Below are positions 7,970 through 14,423 of a stretch of DNA of 14,423 nucleotides, in pieces. Both the position numbers and the translations under genes were made by a program. This DNA is from Candidatus Thorarchaeota archaeon SMTZ1-45. GTDB taxonomy: Archaea > Asgardarchaeota > Thorarchaeia > Thorarchaeales > Thorarchaeaceae. The stretch lies in the NCBI GenBank assembly GCA_001563335.1, contig LRSL01000084.1:1-14423 (forward strand), in the 5' to 3' direction. Each line of letters starts with the position of its first letter. The stretch's first letter is position 1. The notes below the pieces were generated by a model. The model saw nothing but the letters and a program-made list of their open reading frames with translations. It ran no database searches and was not told where the DNA came from.

Positions 7970-9652
7970 ATGACAACATCGTATCAGGATAAACCATGGC
8001 TCAAGGCATATTTCTTGGGCCCCTACAAGTTGAAGCATTCAATGGAGCCTTATCCAGAGATCAATGTCTACTCTTTCTTGGAGGAGTCTGCGAGAGAATA
8101 TCCTGAGAACATCGCCTGTGTCTATGCAGATGAAGAGATGAACTACGAGGAGCTGAAGGACAAAGTAGACCGACTAGCATCAGCGTTTGTAGACCTAGGA
8201 GTAAGGAAAGGAGACCCTGTAGCCACAGTACTCCCCTCTTGTCCAGAGTTCATCATTGCAGACTATGCGTGTATGAAGATAGGAGCAATTCATGTGCCGC
8301 TGAGCATTCTTCACAAGGCAGATGACCTGTTACACGAGCTCAAGGAGAGTAAAGCGGAGGTTGTTGTCTGTTCCTATAGACGAGTCCCTCGAGTGAATGA
8401 AGTCAAACCCAAGACCGATGTAAAGAAAATAATCTATGCACCGACGAAGATTTTTCCAGACTACCAAGCCCCCGAAATGGAGGAGATCGCAGAGCCTGGT
8501 CACTATCTGTTGGAGGACCTGTTGAAAAAATACCAACCTCACTCTGAACATGTTGAGATCAACCCAAAGGAGGATATCGCCCTACTACCCTTTACGGGAG
8601 GTACGACAGGAGTTCCCAAGGGCACAATGTTGACCCATTACAATCTCACTTCCAATGTAGTCCAGACAATTCACTGGATGCTGGCTCCTCTTAAGGTGGG
8701 AGTTGCAGGGAAGGGAGCAACTACAATCTGCGTTCCGATATTCCATATGTATGGTCACTGGGCGGTTCATGCGAGTATCTCATGGGGACTGAAGATGTTC
8801 CTGATGGACCCGAGGGATGTAGTGAAGATTGTAGAGGTCATAAATGAGTACAGACCAGCAATGGTCTTTGCAGTACCAGCGCACTACAGCATGTTTTGTA
8901 GTATGCCTTTGAAGAAGGGACAGATATTCTACTACTCTGCAGCTGCAGGACTACCCCCAGAACTTGCAGAGGAGTTTGAGAAGATCTCTGGAGTTCCTAT
9001 GGGTGAGGGTTATGGCGCAACAGAAACCTCTGCAGCTGCTACTGTGAACATCTCTGCATTCTCCAAAGTGACTGGATTCATGAAACATGTGAAGCGTGGA
9101 GTTGGTGTCCCGTTGCCAGACACTGAGATTCGGGTTGTCGATCCTGAAACTGGGAAAGAACCTCCAGTGGGAGAACCCGGCGAGATATGGGTCAGAGGAC
9201 CTCAGATCATGGCAGGATATTGGCCAACACCAGGATCCGGATTGGAGGAAGATGGTTGGTTGAGGATGGGGGATATGGTGACCATGGATGATGATGGATA
9301 CTTCAAAGTGGTGGACCGAATTAAGGACATGATCAACGTTTCTGGCAATAAGGTGTATAGTCGGGTAATCGATGATATTCTCTACGAACATCCTGCAGTT
9401 GAAGTTGGAGGAGTGATTGGAGTACCAGACCCTGGCAGAAAGGGTAGCGAACGAGTCAAAGCTTTCATAAAACTAAGGCAAGAGTATAGGGGGAAAATCT
9501 CTGAGAAGGACATTATTGAGTATCTAAAAGACAAGGTCAAACCATACGCAGTACCGAAGTCTGTAGAATTCAGAGATGAACTCCCACTCACCCTCATAAT
9601 GAAGCTCCACAAGAAGAAACTGAGAGATGATGAGCTTGCCAAACAATCCTAG
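7970..9652 (+). CDS. AMP-forming acyl-CoA ligase (long-chain-fatty-acid-CoA ligase-like, ANL superfamily)
   Basis: P-loop FTGGTTGVPKG, GYGATE, GEIWVRGPQIMAGYW, GWLRMGD, VVDRIKDMINVSGNKV and C-terminal FRDELPLTLIMKLHK. ATG 7970 preferred; GTG 7946 is an alternative start. Confidence 0.92.
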   Translation: MTTSYQDKPWLKAYFLGPYKLKHSMEPYPEINVYSFLEESAREYPENIACVYADEEMNYEELKDKVDRLASAFVDLGVRKGDPVATVLPSCPEFIIADYACMKIGAIHVPLSILHKADDLLHELKESKAEVVVCSYRRVPRVNEVKPKTDVKKIIYAPTKIFPDYQAPEMEEIAEPGHYLLEDLLKKYQPHSEHVEINPKEDIALLPFTGGTTGVPKGTMLTHYNLTSNVVQTIHWMLAPLKVGVAGKGATTICVPIFHMYGHWAVHASISWGLKMFLMDPRDVVKIVEVINEYRPAMVFAVPAHYSMFCSMPLKKGQIFYYSAAAGLPPELAEEFEKISGVPMGEGYGATETSAAATVNISAFSKVTGFMKHVKRGVGVPLPDTEIRVVDPETGKEPPVGEPGEIWVRGPQIMAGYWPTPGSGLEEDGWLRMGDMVTMDDDGYFKVVDRIKDMINVSGNKVYSRVIDDILYEHPAVEVGGVIGVPDPGRKGSERVKAFIKLRQEYRGKISEKDIIEYLKDKVKPYAVPKSVEFRDELPLTLIMKLHKKKLRDDELAKQS

Positions 9653-9929
9653 ACAGGGTTGATAGGTCCATCTTAACTAATCCGCTGTGTCCTGTGGTAA
9701 GACGTTTCATAACGACAGAACCCTTAAGCCATTCCAAGTCGACCTTGTTGTCGTCGAGCCTCGACTTAATGGTCAACAACAATGCCTTGAAGCTTGTGAT
9801 TCTTTAGTGCCAAATGTAGGCAAGTCCAATCGATATTAGACCTAGAAGTATCAGCGACATGACCATACACAATTGATCTCCACCCCCTCAATGGTTTTAT
9901 CCAGAAAAACATACCATTTCATTCGAGTT

Positions 9930-9954
9930 GACCGTGTTAGTTCGACCGTGTTAG
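9930..9954 (+). repeat. Perfect 11-bp direct repeat GACCGTGTTAG x2 (14-bp period)
   Basis: GACCGTGTTAG at 9930-9940 and 9944-9954, in the intergenic region about 95 nt upstream of ATG 10048. Confidence 0.8.
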
Positions 9955-10047
9955 ATTGCGCCACATGCAATAGTTAATAATTCAGTGTTGAATGAGTATG
10001 ATTTAGACTGGATTAACAGTCGATTTTTGGTTTTAGGAGAGAATAAA

Positions 10048-10992
10048 ATGACATTAGAAGGAAGTAAGAATCCTGATTTTCAGCAGTCTGCGTCACAAGA
10101 CTTTAGCGTGGGTGCGTCTGGCCTAGCGTCGAGAACATTCAGTTTATGGATACGACGATTGGGCTCGTATATTGTAATCGTCGGTCTTGTTGGTGCAGTT
10201 TTAGCATTATGGAATACCTATGTAGCGACGATAATTGCTCCACTTGACCCAGAATCTTTCTTGAATCTGATAAGCACAGATCCCCTAGATATCATATTGA
10301 AATCACTTAATTGGACAAGTACGTCGGGCGTTCCTGTCTTCGTTATAATAATCGCATTGTCGCTTATTGGAATGATTATCAACTCAGTTACTCATGGAGC
10401 GGCCATCAAGCTATGTCTTGAGGATTATGGTAATCGTGGTGCGGGTACAATCCGAGAGTCATTCTCATATGCAGGCAACCGCCTTACGACATTGATTGGG
10501 GCACAAATTATTTATGGACTCATCCTGATGATTCCTGTTCTACCCGGGGGTCTAGTCTTTGCATACAGTGCATTGACAATTGACATAATGGATCCATCAA
10601 CTTATGGATTATTACTCACCACTATTCCATTGCTTCTAATAGGACTCATAATTGCCCTTTACCTTGCTGTCCGACTAGCACCTACGATCGCAGTCGTCAT
10701 AGCTGAGAAAGAGAGGTCTGCGGTTGATTCAGTGAAAAGAGCATGGTCAATAACAGGACATCATTTCTGGCACATATTTGCCGGTCTTTTTCTGTTGATA
10801 GTGTTAATTGCAGTCGCTAGTATCCTCATTGCTATGCTTATAGCTCCAATAGCCTTAATCGCTGTGAGCATAATTGGCCTGTCTACTATTATCATAGAGA
10901 TTCTGATTAGTCCTTTGCCTGCGGTCTTCCAGGCTGTCCTTTATCGAGACCTAGAATCAAGAGCGAGGATGGTTGAGGCGGACTGGTGGTAG
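10048..10992 (+). CDS. Multi-pass membrane protein (about 6 TM), similar to glycerophosphodiester-phosphodiesterase membrane-domain-like families
   Basis: AGGAGA RBS before ATG 10048 (the ORF-track GTG 9985 is probably too early). Pattern E...SAVDSVKRAWSITGHHFWHIF and AVLYRDLESR with alternating hydrophobic helices. Confidence 0.75.
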   Translation: MTLEGSKNPDFQQSASQDFSVGASGLASRTFSLWIRRLGSYIVIVGLVGAVLALWNTYVATIIAPLDPESFLNLISTDPLDIILKSLNWTSTSGVPVFVIIIALSLIGMIINSVTHGAAIKLCLEDYGNRGAGTIRESFSYAGNRLTTLIGAQIIYGLILMIPVLPGGLVFAYSALTIDIMDPSTYGLLLTTIPLLLIGLIIALYLAVRLAPTIAVVIAEKERSAVDSVKRAWSITGHHFWHIFAGLFLLIVLIAVASILIAMLIAPIALIAVSIIGLSTIIIEILISPLPAVFQAVLYRDLESRARMVEADWW

Positions 10993-11002
10993 TCATCGGA
11001 AA

Positions 11003-11035
11003 CAAGAAAAATAGAACGAGAGTTTGTTTCTCTTG
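11003..11035 (+). other. Possible RNA hairpin with GAGA (GNRA) loop just after the membrane-protein stop
   Basis: CAAGAAAAATAGAAC-GAGA-GTTTGTTTCTCTTG is an imperfect, AU-rich inverted repeat starting about 10 nt after the stop at 10992. Confidence 0.3.
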
Positions 11036-11149
11036 GAGCAAGCTCAAGAACACCAAACACCGAGTTCAAACTGGAAACTCGATCATGACTGACGAATCTG
11101 TAGAATTAAACCATAGATTCCTGAGAATGGAGTGTCATTCTGTTCCTCA

Positions 11150-11303
11150 GTAGCTCAGGAGAAAATCATCGAGTTCCTTGGACAAGGTCAAACTGGAAGC
11201 TCTTCCAAAGGTCGTTGAGTTTCGTGACGAACTCTCCCTTACACCAATCATGAAGATTCACAAGAAGGTATTTCGGAAAGAGGAACTTCCGAAATTTACA
11301 TAG
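11150..11303 (+). pseudogene. Frameshifted remnant of the C-terminus of a second acyl-CoA ligase homologous to 7970-9652
   Basis: 11181-11303 reads DKVKLEALPKVVEFRDELSLTPIMKIHKKVFRKEELPKFT*, versus DKVKPYAVPKSVEFRDELPLTLIMKLHKKKLRDDELAKQS* at 9530-9652: 26/40 identical by hand count, with the stop at the same position. 11150-11179 in another frame gives VAQEKIIEFL versus ISEKDIIEYL. Confidence 0.85.
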
Positions 11304-11326
11304 ATGCCGGGAACTGTCTATACAAC

Positions 11327-11866
11327 ATGCTAGATTTCATCGTGGGGTATGAACTTGAGAAGTTCAAAAAGTACTACAGTACATTAAGTGATCTTCACAA
11401 GTTCTATGTCAATCGCACATCTCGAGATCCGGGAGAATTCAAGCTAGGTGATGATGAAAGGTTCCATGTTGAGAATGACATTAAGCATCTGATTGTCTGG
11501 ACTGATTCAACTGAGATTGTGGGTCACTGTATATGGCATGAGACAAGCACCGACGAGATGACTCCAGGTGACCCAAGAAACGATGACGACAAAGAAACTC
11601 TAAGAGACCTCTTTGGGGGACAAAAGGGGAACCTAGTGGAACTACATGAGCTCTGGTTACAGACGAAACACAGAGGGAAGGGGTATGGTCATCAGTTCTT
11701 TGAATTCTATGAGAACTACATCACTCAGAGTGGATTTGATGGCATCATTCACTATTCTGATCATTCAGCAGTCATAGCTATCTGTAGAAAGCGCGGCTAT
11801 AAGGAGGCGTTCCTTCAGAGTTCAGGTTGGTATGTATTTGCTATTCAGTTCCCCTTAATCAAATAG
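11327..11866 (+). CDS. GNAT family N-acetyltransferase
   Basis: LIVW....IVGHCIW, ELHELWLQTKHRGKGYG (acetyl-CoA-binding motif A) and AIC.KRGY (motif B-like). Confidence 0.85.
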   Translation: MLDFIVGYELEKFKKYYSTLSDLHKFYVNRTSRDPGEFKLGDDERFHVENDIKHLIVWTDSTEIVGHCIWHETSTDEMTPGDPRNDDDKETLRDLFGGQKGNLVELHELWLQTKHRGKGYGHQFFEFYENYITQSGFDGIIHYSDHSAVIAICRKRGYKEAFLQSSGWYVFAIQFPLIK

Positions 11867-11920
11867 ACTAATTACAAACTTCGTACAGCAAATGCAGAAG
11901 AGAATTCAGGAGGTCATATC

Positions 11921-12778
11921 TTGGTTGACCAACCCACTAAACTAAATCGAGACTTTTTGGGAAAGGTGTATCACTCTGGCCCCCACATTGTAGAAGCGGA
12001 TAGCATCAGGAATTATGCTCTAGCCACCAATGAGAAGAATCCCCTCTATCTGGGTAAAGAACCCGAGACTCACTCTCCTCTCTATCCTGTTGTGTTTCTA
12101 CCGGGAATCCTCAGTCAACTCGTGGAGGATGCTGAGGAGATGGACCTAAACATGCTGAGAGTAGTCCATGCAGAACATAAGATGTCATGGAGAGATACCA
12201 TTCATCTGGGAGACGAGATCTACACCACTACAAAGCTCACGAACATGGAAAAGCTTGGGAACAACGAGATCATGGACCTTTTAGTGCATTGCAAACGGAA
12301 TAACGATATAGTAGTGGAGATGAACTATCGGTTGCTTATTAGAGGAGAGGACACAGGGAAGAAAAAGCCTGCAGGAAAAGCTCCTGAACCTAAGAAGGGA
12401 GAAGTGCTTTTGAGACACCAATCGTTCGTCACTGCAGACCAAGGTCTTAGATATGCCGAGGCCTCTGGAGACCACAATCCGATTCACAAAAGTGATGAGA
12501 TTGCGCAAAGTGTCGGCCTTCCCAGAGCTATCCTTCATGGATTATGTACTATGGCGTTAGCCTCCCAAGCGATTGTTGAAGGGCTCCTCGAAGGCAACGC
12601 AAAGCGTTTGAAGAACATGGGTGTTCGTTTTTCCAGACCTGTGTTAATGGACCAGACTCTTACTACTGAAGTATATGAAGGGGAGCTCACCAATGATGGA
12701 CTGCATGTTGTTCACTTCGAAACAAGAGATGAAAATGATGTTCCAGTTCTGACTCTTGGAACAGCAGAGTTCATTTAA
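11921..12778 (+). CDS. Double-hotdog MaoC/PhaJ-type (R)-specific enoyl-CoA hydratase (hydratase-2-like)
   Basis: TTG start after AGGAGGT (11908-11914). N-terminal hotdog (IRNYALATNEKNPLY, VVHAEH), a Lys/Pro-rich linker, then the catalytic motif YAEASGDHNPIH.....A...GLPRAILHGLCT and VRFSRPV. Confidence 0.9.
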   Translation: MVDQPTKLNRDFLGKVYHSGPHIVEADSIRNYALATNEKNPLYLGKEPETHSPLYPVVFLPGILSQLVEDAEEMDLNMLRVVHAEHKMSWRDTIHLGDEIYTTTKLTNMEKLGNNEIMDLLVHCKRNNDIVVEMNYRLLIRGEDTGKKKPAGKAPEPKKGEVLLRHQSFVTADQGLRYAEASGDHNPIHKSDEIAQSVGLPRAILHGLCTMALASQAIVEGLLEGNAKRLKNMGVRFSRPVLMDQTLTTEVYEGELTNDGLHVVHFETRDENDVPVLTLGTAEFI

Positions 12779-12816
12779 TGAGGTGAGGTTGGTTTTCTAG
12801 ATAGACTGATTATAGG

Positions 12817-12826
12817 GTTTATAAAC
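12817..12826 (+). promoter_or_regulatory. Candidate archaeal TATA box (GTTTATAAAC) for the amine dehydrogenase/aminotransferase unit
   Basis: TTTATAAA at 12818-12825, about 50 nt upstream of ATG 12876; GAGGTGA RBS at 12860-12866. Confidence 0.5.
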
Positions 12827-12875
12827 TCACATCAACTTAGAAGAAACAGTCATCCGAGAGAGGTGATTTAGTTCT

Positions 12876-13901
12876 ATGACAGCACCATTTAGAGTGATAC
12901 AGATTGGATTCGGGTCGCTTGGCCGTCATATTACTGCGTCTATTTTAAGACGAGCAAACCTTGAGCTTGTTGCAGTGGTGGATGCCAATCCAGAATTAGC
13001 AGGCAAGACCATCAAGGAACTACTTCAAGATGAAACTGATAGTGATATCTCAATGGCTGATGATCTACATACAATTTTGAGGTATGTCCCTGCAGACGTT
13101 GCTCTAGTAGCAACCTCCTCGTCGCTTGAAACCGTTTATCCCACGATAGTGGCATGCCTTGAGTCTGGTTTAGATGTGGTTTCAATCTGTGAAGAACTCT
13201 CATATCCATATAAGAAGAGTCCTGAGCTCTCAAGGAAACTGGACCTAGTTGCCAAAGAAAAAGGGAAGACAGTCGTTGGGACTGGCATCAACCCTGGATA
13301 TCTAATGGACCTACTTCCGATTGTTCTCACCGCCCCATGTCAGATAATAGAAACCATTCATGTGACTCGTCATATGAACTCAAGCCATAGGAGACCATCG
13401 TTCCAGAAGAAGATTGGAACTAGCATGACAAATGAGGAGTTCAGAAGGAACATTGATGAGGGCAACATCACTGGTCATGTAGGACTTGTCGAGTCAATCC
13501 AGATGATAGACGCAGCACTTAATCTGGGATTGGATGAGATTGAGGAGCTACCTCCTGAGGCGGTCATAGCAAAAAGAGAAGTCACAAACTCCTTCACAAC
13601 CATTCAGAAAGGAGATGTCCTTGGTCTCACGAGTGTGGCTGTGGGAAAAAGGAATGGAGAGGTAGTAGTCACTCTTGACTTTCAAGCGTATGCAGAAGCA
13701 ACACCACAGTACGATGAGGTCATCATAGAGGGGCTTCCCAGGATACATCAGAGAATTGAGGGAGGAGTCCAGGGAGACCAGGGAACAATCGGTATGCTGC
13801 TGAACCTAATCCCAATCGTGATCAGCGAGTCACCAGGCCTCAAGACCATGAAAGACCTACCAGTTCCAAGAAACACGATGCGATTCTGGAAAGAAAACTA
13901 G
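12876..13901 (+). CDS. NAD(P)-dependent amine dehydrogenase family protein (2,4-diaminopentanoate dehydrogenase Ord / native AmDH-like; DapB-type N-terminal Rossmann fold)
   Basis: VIQIGFGSLG (GxGxxG), VVSICEELSYP, GTGINPGYLMDLLP, RRPSFQKKIG, TGHVGLVES and GGVQGDQGT. Confidence 0.85.
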   Translation: MTAPFRVIQIGFGSLGRHITASILRRANLELVAVVDANPELAGKTIKELLQDETDSDISMADDLHTILRYVPADVALVATSSSLETVYPTIVACLESGLDVVSICEELSYPYKKSPELSRKLDLVAKEKGKTVVGTGINPGYLMDLLPIVLTAPCQIIETIHVTRHMNSSHRRPSFQKKIGTSMTNEEFRRNIDEGNITGHVGLVESIQMIDAALNLGLDEIEELPPEAVIAKREVTNSFTTIQKGDVLGLTSVAVGKRNGEVVVTLDFQAYAEATPQYDEVIIEGLPRIHQRIEGGVQGDQGTIGMLLNLIPIVISESPGLKTMKDLPVPRNTMRFWKEN

Positions 13902-13918
13902 AATGGAGGAACAATAGT

Positions 13919-14423
13919 ATGCTTGAACGCTACAATGCAAGAACCTCAAAATCGGAAACACTTTGGAAGAGTGCAGTCACTCTGTTTCCAGGGGGCGTGA
14001 GTCACAATATTAGGACTTTTGGAATGCCTGGATGCAATTCATACCCACCCTACATTAGTCATGGTCAAAGGGCACACATCTGGGACGTCGATGGGAACGA
14101 GTATATCGACTGGTGGATGACCCATTACTCACTCCTTCTCGGACATAATGATCCTTTTGTGAGAGAGGCGATCAGCGACCAGTTAGAAGCAGGATATCAC
14201 TTTGGAACTCCGACCGAACCTGAGGTAAAGTATGGTGAGAGACTCAAGGAGGCAGTACCACTGCTTGAGAAGATGAGGTTCACTGCCTCAGGTGGAGAAT
14301 CGACTATGTACGCTGTTCGATTGGCAAGGCTGTTCACAAAGAGGAAACTCGTAGGCAAGTCCTTGGGTGGATGGCACGGGGGGAACGATGCACTCACCTA
14401 TCATATGAGCCATCCCTATATAG
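13919..14423 (+). CDS. Glutamate-1-semialdehyde aminomutase-like class-III aminotransferase, 3'-truncated by the window edge
   Basis: Absent from the ORF track because no stop lies in the window. GGAGGA RBS at 13905-13910, ATG 13919. Reads MLERYNARTSKSETLWKSAVTLFPGGVSHNIR...WDVDGNEYID...LLLGH...MRFTASGGESTMYAVRLARLFTKR...GGWHGG. Confidence 0.9.
   Translation, partial: MLERYNARTSKSETLWKSAVTLFPGGVSHNIRTFGMPGCNSYPPYISHGQRAHIWDVDGNEYIDWWMTHYSLLLGHNDPFVREAISDQLEAGYHFGTPTEPEVKYGERLKEAVPLLEKMRFTASGGESTMYAVRLARLFTKRKLVGKSLGGWHGGNDALTYHMSHPYI

Noticed and set aside
5016-9642. Alternative-frame and antisense ORFs over the SCP2, AOR and ligase genes
   Set aside because: Shadows of strongly supported CDSs.
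11085-11303. Pyrrolysine-type read-through of TAG 11151-11153 joining ATG 11085 to the ligase remnant
   Set aside because: The read-through frame gives LRRKSSSSL, whereas homology (IIEFL) is in a different frame; a frameshifted pseudogene fits better.
12876-13901. Annotation as dihydrodipicolinate reductase (dapB)
   Set aside because: Only the Rossmann domain is shared; the DapB E.HH..K.DAPSGTA motif is absent, while Ord/AmDH motifs are present.
12281-14397. Minus-strand ORFs 12281-12538, 13012-13233, 13136-13330, 13548-13748 and 14197-14397
   Set aside because: Antisense shadows of the hydratase, dehydrogenase and aminotransferase genes.
13919-14423. Gene symbol hemL
   Set aside because: Partial sequence, several HemL-diagnostic residues differ, and no tetrapyrrole genes are nearby.

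Overview
Gene-dense prokaryotic metabolic region. It is most likely archaeal, possibly Asgard/Thorarchaeia; this is inferred from frequent AGA/AGG/ATA codons, a TATA-type promoter, GGAGG/GAGGTGA ribosome-binding sites and gene content, and is not proven. In order it holds: a 5'-truncated class-III PLP enzyme abutting an uncharacterised DUF6206-like protein with recognisable kinase-fold motifs; a small membrane protein; a minus-strand pair of CoA-acylating (methyl)malonate-semialdehyde dehydrogenase and a degenerate ferritin-like protein; another membrane protein; a compact SCP2-like / SCP2 / aldehyde:ferredoxin oxidoreductase / acyl-CoA ligase operon; a multi-pass membrane protein; an unannotated frameshifted remnant of a second acyl-CoA ligase 3' end; a GNAT; a double-hotdog (R)-hydratase; an Ord/AmDH-type amine dehydrogenase; and a 3'-truncated HemL-like class-III aminotransferase. 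The most interesting signals are the kinase-like + PLP enzyme pair, the lipid carrier + AOR + CoA ligase operon, and the ligase remnant that records an insertion or replacement event. Together the first two suggest an undescribed anaerobic amine/amino-alcohol -> aldehyde -> acid -> acyl-CoA route. I found no rRNA, tRNA, CRISPR array or transposase.
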